From contig CM075995.1 of the NCBI GenBank assembly GCA_038087875.1, positions 7,690,001-7,750,000 of the forward strand: a stretch of 60,000 nucleotides of DNA, read 5' to 3'. The position numbers and the translations under genes were made by a program. Positions within the stretch are counted from its first letter, which is position 1, and each line of letters begins with the position of its first letter. Shown here piece after piece: positions 39,530 through 52,864 of this stretch. The notes under the pieces were generated by a model. That model was given only the letters and a program-made list of their open reading frames with translations, was not told where the DNA came from and did no database searches. The stretch comes from Malacoraja senta. Taxonomy: Eukaryota.

Positions 39530-41440
39530 ATGAAGATAACTGGTGTATATAGGATAACTAAAAAGGCAATACGGGGAGAAAAGATGAGGTACGAAGGTAA
39601 GCTAGCCAAGAATATAAAGGAGGATAGTAAAAGCTTCTTTAGGTTATGTGAAGAGGAAAAAATTAGTTAAGACCAAAGTTGGACCCTTGAAGTCTGAAAA
39701 AGGTGAATTTATTATGGGGAACAAGGAAATGGCAGATGAGTTGAACAGGTACTTTGGATCCGTCTCCACTAAGGAGGACGCAAACAATCTTCCTGATATA
39801 GTAGTGGCCAGAGGATCTGGGGTGACGAAGGAACTGAAGGAAATCCACATTAGGCAGGAAATGGTGTTGGGTAGACTGATGGGACTGAAGGCTAATAAAT
39901 CCCCAGGGCGTGATGGTCTGCATCCCAGGATACTTAAGGAAGTGGCTCTAGAAATCGTGGCTCATTGGTGAACATTTTCCAATGTTCTATAGATTCAGGA
40001 TCAGTTCCTGTGGACAGGAGGGTAGCTAATGTTATTCCACTTTTTAAGAAAGGCGGGAGAGAGAAACCAGGTAATTATAGACCAGTTAGCCTGACATCGG
40101 TGGTGGGGAAGATGCTGGAGTCAATCATAAAAGATGAAATAGCGGCACATTTGGATAGCAGTAACAGGATCCGAAGGGGAAATCATGCTTGACTAATCTT
40201 CTGGATTTTTTTGAGGATGTAACTAGGAAAATGGACAAGGGAGAGCCAGTGGATGTAGTGTACCTGGACTTTCAGAAAGCATTTGATAAGGTCCCACATA
40301 GGATTAGTGGCAAAATTAGGGCACATGGTATTGGGGGTAGAGTGCTGACATGGATAGAAAATTAGTTGGCAGACAGGAAACAAAGAGTAGGGATTAATAG
40401 GTCCCTTTCAGAATGGCAGGCAGGCAGTGACTAGTGGGGTACCGCAAGGCTCGGTGCTGGGGCCACAGCTATTTACAATATACATCAATGATTTAGATGA
40501 AGGGATTCAAAGTAACATTAGCAAATTTGCAGATGACACAAAGCTGGGTGGCAGTGTGAACTGTGAGGAGGATGCTATGAGAATGCAGGGTGACTTGGAC
40601 AGGTTGGGGGAGTGGGCAGATGCATGGCAGATGAAGTTTAATGTGGATAAATGTGAGGTTATCCACTTTGGTAGCAAAAACAGGAAGGCAGATTATTATC
40701 TAAATGGTTCAGATTATTATCTAAAAGGGGAGGTACAATGGGATCTGGGGGTCCTTGTTCATCAGTCTTGAAAGTAAGCATGCAGGTACAGCAGGCAGTG
40801 AAGAAAGTGAATGGCATGTTGGCCTTCATGACAAGAGGAGTTGAGTATAGGAGCAAAGAGGTCCTTCTGCAGTTTTACAGAGCCCTAATGAGACTATACC
40901 TGGAGTATTGTGTGCAGTTTTCGTCTCCAAATTTGAGGAAGGACATTCTTGCTATTGAGGGAGTGCAGCGTAGGTTCACACGGTTAATTCCCGGGATGGC
41001 GGGACTGTCATATGCTGAGAAAATGAAGCGGCTGGGCTTGTACACTCTGGAATTTAGAAGGATGAGAGGGGATCTTATTGAAACATAAAAGATTATTAAG
41101 GGTTTGGACACGCTAGAGGCAGGAAACATGTTTCCGATGTTGGGGGCGTCCAGAACCCGGGGCCACAGTTTAAGAATAAGGGGTAAGCCATTTAGAACGG
41201 AGATGAGGAAACTTTTTCACACAGAGAGTGGTGAGTCTGTGGAATTCTCTGCCTCAGAGGGCGGTGGAGGCCAGTTCTCTAGATACTTTCGAGAGATAGA
41301 TAGGGCTCTTAAAGATAGCGGAGTCCGGGGATATGGGGAGAAGGCAGAACGGGGTACTGATTGTGGATGATCAGCCAATTGAATGGCGGTGCTGACTCGA
41401 AGGGCCGAATGACCTACTCCTGCACCTATTGTCGATTGTC
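39530..41440 (+). mobile_element. CR1 LINE, ~1.9 kb 5'-truncated and frameshifted
   Basis: Consecutive ORF fragments KSPGRDGLHPRILKE, NYRPVSLTS, GVPQGSVLGP, FADDTK and LEYCVQF, followed by a CR1 3'UTR. Confidence 0.93.
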
Positions 41441-42591
41441 CAAAATGCGATTATTTTTATCCCTTCGAGATAATGAAATTATCAATGCTTTTGGCCCAGG
41501 GAATGACAAGTTTATTTTATTTTTGTCACATGTACCGAGGTGCACAAATAAAGGGGACAACATTTAATACAAGATATATTATTGAAGTCCAACAAAATGA
41601 CGGAGCAGGTCCACCAACATCAGTACCCTTCTGCAGACTGATTGCTGTGGTCAGGGGCAGAGGAGAATGCTGGTCGAAGAGGGGCAGGACAAAGAATGGT
41701 AAGTGATGGGTGGATACAGGTGAGGGGGGGGGGGTATAGATTGGCAAATGGTTCAACAAAGGCAAGAGATGAAAAGACAAAAAATTTGAAATAAGGATAG
41801 AAGAGGCATGAATTGTGAAGCCAGCAGAATGTGAAATTAACCTTGCATTCAGCTCAGATTTTTTTTTAAATGTCCGCATCAGTTGGACAGGAATAGGCAA
41901 AATGGTGCCTTGATGGGCAAAGTGTGATGTTTTGTCCAGAAAAATGCGTCAAAACTTGGGCTAAGGGAGCAGTTGACAAGTTGACAGATAGATACTGTCA
42001 AAGTAAACGGATCCAGAGTCAAGAGTCATACAGCGCGGAAACAGGCCCTTCGGCCCAACTTTGCCACGTCAACCAATAAGTCTCATCTACACTAGTTCCA
42101 CTTGCCTGCGTTTGGCCCATATTCTATCCATGTACTTGTACACATGTTTTTTAAACGTTGTGATAGTACCTGCCTCAACTACCCTCTGGCAGCTCGCTCC
42201 ATATACCTTTCAACCATTGTGTTAAAAAAGTTCCCCTCCGGTTCCTATCACATTTTTTCCCCTCACCTTAATCTCATGCCCTCTGGTTCTTGATTCCCCT
42301 ATTGTGGTTAAAAGACCCCGTGCATTTACCCTATTTAATTCTCCCATTATCTTATCACATCTATAAGATCACCACTCATCCTCCTGCACTCCATGGAATA
42401 GAGTCCAAGCCTGCTCAACCTCTCCCTGCAGCTGAGGCCCTCAAGTCCTGGCAACATCCTCGTGAATCTTCTCTGCACCCTTTCCAGCTTAAGATGGAGA
42501 TTCGAATTTGAGAACATCAATCCTAAACAACTTTCTACAGCCGAGGGTTGAATAGAGGCTTAGAACTCTTATTCCACAACAGGCCACTGCT

Positions 42592-43141
42592 TTAGTATTG
42601 CGTACAGTTTTGGTCCCCTAATCTGAGGAAAGACATTCTTGCCATAGAGGGAGTACAGAGAAGGTTCACCAGACTGATTCCTGGGATGGCAGGACATTCA
42701 TATGAAGAAAGACTGAATAGACTCGGCTTGTACTCGCTAGAATTTAGAAGATTGAGGGGGGATCTTATAGAAACTTACAAAATTCTTAAGGGGTTAGATG
42801 CAGGAAGATTGTTCCCGATGTTGGGGAAGTCCAGAACAAGGGGTCACAGTTTAAAGATAAGGGGGAAGTCTTTTAGGACCAAGATGAGAAAAAATAAATT
42901 CACACAGAGAATGGTGAATTTGTGGAATTCTCTGCCACAGAAGGTAGTTGAGGCCAGTTGATTGGCTATATTTAAGAGGGAGTTAGATGTGGCCCTTGTG
43001 GCTAAAGGGATCAGGGGGTATGGAGAGAAGGCAGGTACAGGATACTGAGTTGGATGATCAGCCATGATCATATTGAATGGCGGTGCAGGCTCGAAGAGCC
43101 GAATGGCCTACTCCTGCACCTATTTTCTATGTTTCTATGTT
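42592..43141 (+). mobile_element. CR1 3' fragment (same subfamily as 48460-48935 and 58520-59878)
   Basis: ORF 42686..42961; 3'UTR near-identical to that of the 58520 copy. Confidence 0.88.
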
Positions 43142-44282
43142 TAAGCGTTGCGTCAGCATCTTATCAAAGACAACATGATAAGTTACGGCCCTATTAAATT
43201 CATCAGTTTTAAAGATCACACACGGCACTGTGGTTGAGAGTTCTTGTCCCTTTAGTGACATTGTCAAAATGAGTTTAATTAATTAATCTTTTCACTTGCT
43301 CTTTGAACAATCTCCATAGGTTATAGGAGCAGACTCAGCGGCCCATCAAGTCTACTCCGCCATTTCATCATTGCTGATCTATCTTTCCCTCTCAACCCCA
43401 TTCTCCAGCCTTCTCCCCAAAACCCGACACCTTTGTGTCACCATATTTGTGTATGACTGGCTGGCAAGTGATGGTTTTCCAAGCCCGCCCTTAGTCCTAC
43501 AGTAACCAATGTCATCCTGTCAAATGATAACTCATTGACATACTTTCATGCATCAAGTGTATTCACTTGTCTACCTTTAACAAACTAAACATTTACCCAC
43601 TGAAGTCAGAATCATAGAGTGATACATCATGGAAATAGGCCCTTCGGTCCAACCTGGCCACACTGGCCAACATGTCCCAGCTAAACTAGTGCCACCTGCC
43701 TGTGTTTGGCCCAAATCCCTCCAAGCCTGTCATATCCATGTGCCTGTCTACTCCTTTCTTAAATGTTGCAATAGTCTCTGCTTCAACTACCTCCTCTGAC
43801 AGCTCGTTCCATATATCCACAACCCTGTGTGTGAAAAAGACACAAAGTGCCGGAGTAACTCAGCAGGTCAGGCAGCATCTCTGGAGAACATGGATAGGTG
43901 ATGTTACGGGGTCACAACGGAAGTCATGATGCAACTTTGTAGCACTTTGGTCTGGCCGCATTTGGATATAGCATGCAGTTCTGGTCACCTCATTACAGGA
44001 ATGATGGGGAGACCTTGGAGAGGGTGTGGAAGAGGTATACCACAATGTCCGAAGAAGGTTCCCGACACGAAGCGTCACCTATCCATCTTTTCTAGGGATA
44101 CTGCCTGACCTGCTGCTGAGTTACTCCGGCACTTTGTGTCTTTTCTTTTGTAAACCAGCATCAGCAGGTCCTTGCTTCTACACTTTAAACATTTACCCAA
44201 ATAGGTCACCATATTCACAAGGTGAACACAAAACGAATGATTGCAATGAAATAAACAAAGGTTGAAGTTAGTTCATTCTCAC

Positions 44283-44394
44283 CCATCTCTTCCTTTACTG
44301 ACTATCTTTGCCTCGAAGTAATATATACCACAAGCTGCAGGGATGGGAAAAGTTGCCCGGACTGAAGCTGCATCTTTTGGCGTTTTGCCATGAC
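44283..44394 (-). CDS. RANBP9: RAN-binding protein 9, coding exon 2 (start of SPRY domain)
   Basis: Minus strand ...ttgtacctgcag|GT CAT GGC...AGA GAT GG|gtgag encodes (G)[36 protein letters not shown](G), matching the RANBP9/10 SPRY sequence. 112 bp, AG/GT borders. Not in the ORF track. Confidence 0.93.
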
Positions 44395-46784
44395 CTGCAG
44401 GTACAAAAGGAAAAGGAAAAATCTGAGCCGATAACATGTTATTAAAATACTAATAGATGTAACAAAGGATCTAGCAGCTGTTCACAGCAAGTTAACAGAT
44501 GGAAATCCTGATGGAACGCACTTCAAGGGGATATAACCTGATGGGTAATTGTCTCTTATTTTAAGCTTCATTTCCTTTTCCCAAATTACTCCAAAGTGAA
44601 CTCGGAATCGGAAAAGCACTTAAGAAAAAAATATATCTAATGCATTCAATGCAAAATACACAGTTGAACCAAGGGGAGATAATAGACAATAAGAATTTCC
44701 ACAGAAATCAAATTAAATAGTAAATAGATGCCTTAGTTTTAGAGGTACAGCGTGTAAACAGGCCCTTTGGCCCAGAGAATGGAGCGGCTGGGCTTGTACA
44801 CTCTGGAGTTTAGATGGATGAGAGGGCATCTTATTGAAACATATAAGATTGTTAAGGGTTTGGACACGCTAGAGGCAGGAAACATGTTCCCGATGTTGGG
44901 GGAGTCCAGAACCAGGGACCACAGTTTAAGAATAAGGGCAAGCCATTTAGAACGGAGACGAGGAAACACTTTTTCTCACAGAGAGTGGTGAGTCTGTGGA
45001 ATTCTCTGCCTCAGAAGGGGGTGGAGGCCGGTTCTCTGGATACTTTCAAGAGAGAGCTAGATAGGGCTCTTAAAGATAGCGGAGTCAGGGGATATGGGGA
45101 GAAGGCAGGAACAGGGTCCTGATTGGGGAAGATCACCCATGATCACATTGAATGGCGGTGCTGGCTCAAAGGGCCGAATGGCCTACTCCTGCACCTATTG
45201 TCTGTTGAGTCAGCGCCGACCAACGATCACCCATTCCCACTAGTTCTGTGTTGTACCAGCTTCGCATTCTACACACCAGGGGTCATTTACAGAAGCCAAT
45301 TGGCCTACAAACGTGCACGTCCCTGGGATGTAGGAGAAAACCGAAGTACCCGGAGAAAACCCACGCGATCACAGGGGGAACATTCAAACTCCATGTAGAC
45401 AGCACTCGAACCCGCGTCTCTGGCGCTACAAGGCAAAATCTCTACCGCTGCACCGCTATGCCACTCCACGTTCTGGAGCATATGCTCCATTAAGTAGTTT
45501 GGGGGCAATAATAGAAGTCTACAGCCTTCCTTCAACTGCATCTACCGACAACCAGAGATTTGTAATTAAAATTACACTTTTCAAGACGGTGATCAAAGGT
45601 CAACAAAAGATTACGCAATAGGATGTCGTACAAAATGCAAATTGATTTTCACTCAAACAAAACGTTCAAACTATAGAAGACACTATCACGCATTGCAGGC
45701 AAAAATAAAGCTATTATTTCAGATGAATACACAGATATTTTCCCCATGAGGCTGCTTTAACTCCTGTTGTGGAGAGTTAATGGTGTTTACAGACCCCACA
45801 ATTCAAAGCAGGTCCAGCTCCATCTGAGGAAAGGTACCAAAAATGAATTAAATACAGAATGAAGCTAAGCATACTCAAATTTAAAAAAAATCTTCAGCTC
45901 AGATTACCATCTATTACACGGAAGTAGACTGCATTCAATAATTTGAAAATTAAGTTTTATGTTTGTATACTTGAACTATGTAGAGTCATAGTGTGGGAAC
46001 AGGCCCTTCAGCCCAACTTGTCCACGCCGACCAACATGTTCCATCTACACTAGTCTCACCTGCCTGTGTTTGGCCCATATCTCTCTAAATCTGTCCCTAC
46101 CCATGAACCTGTCAAAATGTTTCTTAAACGTCACGATAGTCCCTGCCTCAACTACCTCCTCTAGATCGTTCCATACACCCACCACCCTTTGTGTGAAAAG
46201 GTTACCCCTGAAGTACCTATTAAATCTTTCCTGTGACACCTTAAACCTGTGTCCTCTGGTTCTCGATTCCCCTACTCTGGATAAGAGATTCTGGGCGTTT
46301 ATCCGATTTATTCCTCTGTTGACCTTGTACACCTCTATAAGTTCACCCCACACCCTCCTGCGCTCCAAGGAATAGAGTCCTACCCTGCTGAACCGCTCCT
46401 TACAGCTCAGGCCCTCGAGTCCTGGCTTCTTCTCTGGACCCGTTCCAGCTTGGCGACATCCTTCCAACAACATGGTGCCCAAAACTGAACATAATACTCT
46501 AAATGTGGCCTCATCAACGTCATACATAACCACATTAGTCAGGGTGTCAGAGGTTATAGGGAGAAGGCAGGAGAGTGAGGTTGAGGAGGAAAAATAGATC
46601 AGCCACGATTGAATGGCGGAATAGTCTTGATGGGCCGAATGGCCTAATTCTACTCCTGGAACCTATGAACTTATGATCATGACCTTCCAACTTCTATACC
46701 CAAGTATTTCAAGAGCTACTGAATAATCCCATTGAACAACAGCAGAAAATTCAACTAAAACTTAATTGTAATAACTGGGGGGCC

Positions 46785-47258
46785 ATAGAAACATAGAAAA
46801 TAGGTGCAGGAGGAGGCCATTCGTCCCTTCGAGCCAGCACCGCCATTCATTGTGATCATGGCTGATCGGCCCCTATCAATAACCCGTGCCTGCCTTCTCC
46901 CCATATCCCTTGACTCCACCTAGAGCTCTATCTAACTCTCTCTTAAATTCATCCAGTGATTTGGCCTCCACTGCCCTCTGTGGCAGGGAATTCCACTAAT
47001 TCACAACTCTCTAGGTGAAAAAGTTTTTTCTCACCTCAGTCTTAAATGACCTCCCCTTTATTCTAAGACTGTGGCCCCTGGTTCTGGACTCGCCCAACAT
47101 TGGGAACATTTTTCCTGCATCTAGCTTGTCCAGTCCTTTATAATTTTATATGTTTCTGTAAGATCCCCCCTCATCTTTCTAAACTCCAGTGAATACAAGC
47201 CTAGTCTTTTCAATCTTTCCTCATATGGCAGTCCCGTCATCCCAGGGATCAATCTCGT
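46785..47258 (-). mobile_element. CR1 3' fragment
   Basis: Near-identical to the 19010 and 660-936 copies. Confidence 0.85.
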
Positions 47259-47540
47259 ACTTTAAAGATACTTTAAATAATTTTCCTTAACGAAATCCAA
47301 AAGTAAAAAGGAATGAATAGTTAAGACGTACAAATAACATAGAAAGTCATAGCAACATCAATACAAAATATACGTAATAAAAAAGCATTTTGGGGATGTG
47401 ACAGAGAGCAGAAACAATCAGCAGCACTATAGCAAGAATCCCTGTGTGGATTCCAACAGCAGCTAATGGTTCTTGATAGCAACCTATTTGCTGCACAAAT
47501 TCATAAGAGTGTCACAATGAGTGAGCTCATATCTTGGAAT

Positions 47541-47740
47541 NNNNNNNNNNNNNNNNNNNNNNNNNNNNNNNNNNNNNNNNNNNNNNNNNNNNNNNNNNNN
47601 NNNNNNNNNNNNNNNNNNNNNNNNNNNNNNNNNNNNNNNNNNNNNNNNNNNNNNNNNNNNNNNNNNNNNNNNNNNNNNNNNNNNNNNNNNNNNNNNNNNN
47701 NNNNNNNNNNNNNNNNNNNNNNNNNNNNNNNNNNNNNNNN
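47541..47740. other. Assembly gap (exactly 200 N)
   Basis: Run of 200 n; the round size suggests an unsized scaffolding join. Confidence 0.99.
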
Positions 47741-48220
47741 CTAGCAGTTTCCCCACTACTGATGTTAGACTAACTGGTCTGCAATTCCCCGTTTTCTCTC
47801 TCCCTCCCTTCTTAAAAAGTGGGGTTACGTTTGCTACCCTCCAATCCTCAGGAACTACTCCAGAATCTAAGGAGTTTTGAAAAATTATCACTAATGCATC
47901 CACTATTTCTGGAGCTACTTCCTTAAGTACTCTGGGATGCAGCCTATCTGGCCCTGGTGATTTATCGGCCTTTAATCCATTCAATTTACCCAACACCACT
48001 TCCCGACTAACCTGGATTTCACTCAGTTCCTCCATCTCCTTTGACCCGCGGCCCCCTGCTATTTCCGGCAGATTATTTATGTCTTCCTTAGTGAAGACGG
48101 AACCAAAGTAGTTATTCAATTGGTCCGCCATATCCTTGTTCCCCATGATCAATTCACCTGTTTCTGACTGCAAGGGACCTACATTTGTTTTAACTAATCT
48201 CTTTCTCTTCACATATCTAT
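47741..48220 (-). mobile_element. CR1 ORF2 fragment abutting the gap
   Basis: KSPGPDRLHPRVLKE...DWRVANVTPLFKKG...RPVSLTSVVGKLL. Confidence 0.9.
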
Positions 48221-48459
48221 ATCACTTGAGTTTGGTTTGACTGTAGTTATGTATAGCTTCATCAGATCGGATGGGATGGCATGCAATGCTTTTCACTGTA
48301 CCTCAGTACATGTGTCAACGATAAACTTAAACCAAAGAACATTCTTTGATGATGATGGGGGCTTGGGCAAGGGATTTAATTAAGACATTCCTAGACCTAA
48401 CTATATGAAGGCATGACAGCCAAGGATAGGTTAAGGAGAGAGGGATATACCTATACCTA

Positions 48460-48935
48460 TATTCCTGGGATGTCAGGACTTTCATATGAAGAAAGACTGG
48501 ATAGACTCGGCTTGTACTCGCTAGAATTTAGAAGATTGAGGGGGGATCTTATAGAAACGTACAAAATTCTTAAGGGGTTGGACAGGCTAGATGCAGGAAG
48601 ATTGTTCCCGATGTTGGGGAAGTCCAGAACAAGGGGTCACAGTTTAAGGATAAGGGGGAAGTCTTTTAGGACCGAGATGAGAAAAACATTTTTCACACAG
48701 AGTGGTGAATCTGTGGAATTCTCTGCCACAGAAGGTAGTTGAGGCCAGTTCATTGGCTATATTTAAGAGGGAGTTAGATGTGGCCCTTGTGGCTAAAGGG
48801 ATCAGGGGGTATGGAGAGAAGGCAGGTACAGGATACTGAGTTGGATGATCAGCCATGATCATATTGAATGGCGGTGCAGGCTCGAAGGGCCGAATGGCCT
48901 ACTCCTGCACCTATTTTCTATGTCTATGTTTCTAT
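48460..48935 (+). mobile_element. CR1 3' fragment
   Basis: [25 protein letters not shown]... in ORF 48413..48742, plus the tail. Confidence 0.88.
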
Positions 48936-49434
48936 ACAAGACTGCAGTAAAAAAAAACACAAAGTGCTGGAGTAACTCAGAGGGTCAGGCACCATCTGTG
49001 GTGAACATGGATAGTGTAGGAAGGAACTGCAGATACTGGTTTAAACCAAAGAGACACAAAAGCTGGAGTTACTAGTCACTGGCAGCTAACCTTTATGCCA
49101 CACTTTGCCTTCTGCCATCCAGCAAACCTGCCACCCCTGCTAGTATCTTCCCTTTGATACCAGGGGCTCTCATCTTCTTTAGCACCTTATCAACGGCCTT
49201 CTGAAAATCCAGGTAAACAACATCCACTGACTCTCCTTTGTCTGTCCTGCTATTTACTTACTCAAAAGAATTCTAACAGGATTGTCAGGCAAGGTCTCCC
49301 TTTCACAAAACCATGCTGACTTCGGCCTATTTTATTGTGTTTCTAAATACTCATAAATCTCATCCTTTATAATAATGTTCTCTAAAATCCTACCAACCAC
49401 TGAAGTCAGGCAAACCGGCCTATAGTTTCCACTT

Positions 49435-49534
49435 AATGTAGACACAAAAAGCTGGAGTAACTCAGCGGGACAGGCAGCATTTCTGGAGAGAAGGAATGGG
49501 TGACGTTTCGGGTCGAGACCCTTCTTCAGACTGC
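49435..49534 (-). mobile_element. 100-bp Penelope-derived mini-element with an 11-bp TSD, inside a CR1 fragment
   Basis: agtttccactt occurs at 49424-49434 and 49535-49545 around a copy of the PLE terminal repeat. Confidence 0.8.
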
Positions 49535-49739
49535 AGTTTCCACTTTCCTGCTTCGCTCCCTTCTTGAACAGCGGCGTAATGTTAGCAGTTTTCCAATCGT
49601 CTGGAACCATCCCTAACTCGAGTGATTCTTGAAAGTTCACAACTAACGCCTCCACAATCTCGAAAGCCTACTTAATTGTATTATTTAGGAAGCTTTTAAA
49701 TGAGACCATTAATCTAATTCATATCTCCAGTAGATATGG

Positions 49740-49950
49740 GATATCCCAAGCTGTTGTTCAGTGAGGTACAGGGGAAGTCTGGTCAATATTTATTCTTCAG
49801 TCATCACAATGTGTTTATCTAATCAGTGGTGCTTTATCTGTACAATTAGCTGCTGCATTTCCATACAATAGTGGCGACACCACAAGTACTTTCAACTATA
49901 ATAGTGCTTCGGAATGTCTTGACGTCATGAAAGGCAAACGTGATAACTTC
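49740..49950 (+). mobile_element. Degenerate DeuSINE (SacSINE1/AmnSINE1-like) relic
   Basis: ctggtcaatatttattcttca...ttatct...aattagctgctgcatttcc..tacaatagtg...aagtacttt...gcttcggaatgtcttga..gtcatgaaaggc resembles the Deu domain plus an L2-derived tail. Confidence 0.55.
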
Positions 49951-51104
49951 TTTACTTTTACAAAGAAGGGCAGGAAATCCAACCACATCATCCTACAGGG
50001 AATCACATCGGAGAAATCGCACAGTTTTGTAAAATTGAAAAAGGCCCTGCAGAAAAGGTCAATATTTGAGCGAACGACCGAGAAGCTTGTGGAATGGGAG
50101 CAAACTAGGCCAAGCAAACAATGGGACAAAGATTTAGTGCAAGGGGGAAAAAGAAAGTTAGAAAGCAGGGCAGTAAAGTTACCTCTACTGTTAGAAAGTA
50201 GGGCAGCCAGAGACCTGGGTTCAATCTTGACCACGGGTGCTGTCGGTAGAGAATTTGTCCGTTCACCCTGTGACCGCGTGGGTTTTCCCCGGGTGCTCCA
50301 GTTTCTTTCCACACTCTAAAGACGTACAGGTTTGTAGGTCAATTGGCTGCGGTTAAGATTGTAAATGGACCCTGGTGTGCAGGGTGGTGCTAATGTACGG
50401 GAGTGATCTGTGGCCGGCGCAGACTCGGTGGGCCGAAGGGACTGTTTCTGCGCTGCGTCCCCAAACTCAATTCTCATTATTATCCATTTAAATTCTCAGT
50501 GAAGAACCAATTATAATTTGCAATGAGGGTAAAGGCATAAAAAAACTTCTGAAAGTTAAAAGCAAATTAAATATAACGTTTGAATGCTTCATGCATATCT
50601 TTGGTTCCCTCAGTAATAATCTCAATGACAATAATAATTTTCTAGTACAATGATGCTGGTTTCCACATATTGTATTAGTAGGTAAACATGTGCATTGACA
50701 ATCATTGCAGATACAAAAATAGATACCCCCCCCCCCCAAATAAGAGAACGTTTACGTATAAAATTTGAAATGCATAAAATATAAGATACCATAAAATGAT
50801 TTACAGATGAATTCAAGAGACTCAGATGACAATCACAATTTGGTCAAGCCTTAATTTGGTATTCATGTCACTTTTAAAGCTCCTGATCATTTATTCCTCA
50901 GTATCCATTTTCTACACACTACTAACTGTCACTAGTGCCTATTTGCTGATAGATTTATTATTATTTTCAGCTGCAAAGAGTTTTTCTCGACGTATTGCAG
51001 ATGCACTTTTCGTTTAGTTTAGAGATACAGCGTGGAAACGGGCTCTTCGGCCCACTGAGTCCGCACCGACCAGCTATCACACTAGTACTATCACACTAGG
51101 GACA

Positions 51105-51412
51105 GGAACCATCTAGGCTACACCATTACATCAATGACCCCGTGGACGTCCCTGGCCAGGACCTGCCCCGAAAGCAGTGCCTCAACCACTTGCGGACAGG
51201 CATCGGACGCTATGGAGTAGCGATGAAGAGGTGGGGACAGTGCCTCCTGCGAGTGTGGGGACCCAACACAGACAGTGGAGCACATAGTCACCAGTTGCCC
51301 CAAACACCGGCCACCGAATGGTGAACGAGATCCGATTGACCTGGACGATGACACGTTGGCCTGGCTCCCCTCAACGGAGCTGCAGGTCTAAAAGACACAC
51401 GACAGAAGAAGA
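51105..51412 (+). mobile_element. 5'-truncated Ingi/Vingi-like (I-group) LINE fragment: C-terminal zinc knuckle plus (GAA)n tail
   Basis: With one frameshift it translates to LNHLRTGIGRYGVAMKRWG..ASCECGDPTQTVEHIVTSCPKHRP (CCHC), then taa...acacacgacagaagaagaa. It is inserted in an HE1 SINE with an imperfect agggaca/aggggca TSD. Confidence 0.7.
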
Positions 51413-52864
51413 AGGGGCAATTTACTATCTTTACCAAAGCCAATTAACCTACAAACCGGTATGTCATTAGAATGTGGGGGGAAACCGGAGCACCCGGGGA
51501 AAACCCATGCAGGTCCAGGGGACGCCCAACAAACTCCGTACAGGCAGCACCCGTAGTCAGGATCGAACCCGGGTCTCTGGCGCTGTAAGGCAGCATCTCT
51601 ATAGCTGTGCCACTGTGCTGTCTTCTACAACTCAGTTGTTGAAACTCAAGGAAGTGTTGTAGAGCAGAGGGATCTAGGAGTGCAGGTGCGTAGTTCGTTG
51701 GGAGAGGCGTCACAGCTAGATCCGCTGGTCAAGAAGGCTTTTGGCACATTGGCCCTCATCGGTCAGATTACTGAGTATAGAATTTGGGAGGTCATGTCGC
51801 AGTTGTATAAGACGTTGGTGAGGCCACATTTAGAGTATTGTGTTCACCTCAGGGCACCATGTTGTGGGAAAGATGTCGTGCTGGAAAGCTCTGGCGCTGT
51901 AAGGCAGCAACTCTATCGCTGCACCACTGTGCACTTAAAAAAAACAAAAACATTTGTAGCTATTCATCTCCAAACATACTCAACATTAAAATTTAGAAAA
52001 CAAACCATGACCGTTGAATTGGGCATGTAATTAGTCATCGGCGGGTGGTCAGTGTGGACTCGGTGGGCCGAAGGGACTGTTTCCGTGCTGTATCTTTCAA
52101 TCAATTCAATTTTATGCTGAAACATATTTAGCTGCAGCGGGACATTCCCAAATGTCATTCTCTACTATTGCCACAGGTTCTTGTAATTTAGCCACTTCTT
52201 TAGCCAGAGGGTAGCCAATCTGTGGAATTCATTGCCAATTCACGGCTGTGGAGGCCAAATCATTGGGTATTTTTAAGTTGGAGATTCTTAATTAGTACAG
52301 GTGTCCGGGGTTATGGGGAGACAGCAGGAGAATGGGGTTGAGAGGGAAAGATAGATCAGCCATGGTTGAATGGTGGAGCAGACTTGATGGGCCGAATGGT
52401 CCAATTCTGCTCCTAGAACCTATGAACTTCCAGATTGTATTTGTGTGTGGAACAATAGCTGTAATAATAAGAACTATGTTTGAAGAATTTCATGTTCAAT
52501 TATTGCTACAAATGTCTGCTCATATCTAACAAGTGGTATTATGCAAAACAATAATTTCTGGCCACAGGCTAGCTCCATGATTTTTGAAAAAAAGTTTAAA
52601 CTAATTTGGTATTGTGCTTTTCGATATATCGACTTATAAACTTCAATGATTTAAAATAATTTATGGCTTTGTGACCTATTTACCCACAAGATTTGAGTAA
52701 CAGTAGTTGCCTTTAAATGTTAAAGGCAATTCGTAGAAAAACTGGAGGTTACTAATTTTAGTAAAAAAATAGGAAATGTTCCCCAAAAATTCCAGACATT
52801 CAAACAACAGCGAAAGGCAACAAAGTCCATTATTGGCTGCTGACACCGAGCAGGATGGGAAGTC

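Noticed and set aside
47466..48212. Long ORFs spanning 47466-48212
   Set aside because: Artefacts of translating through the N gap; the real part is CR1 ORF2.
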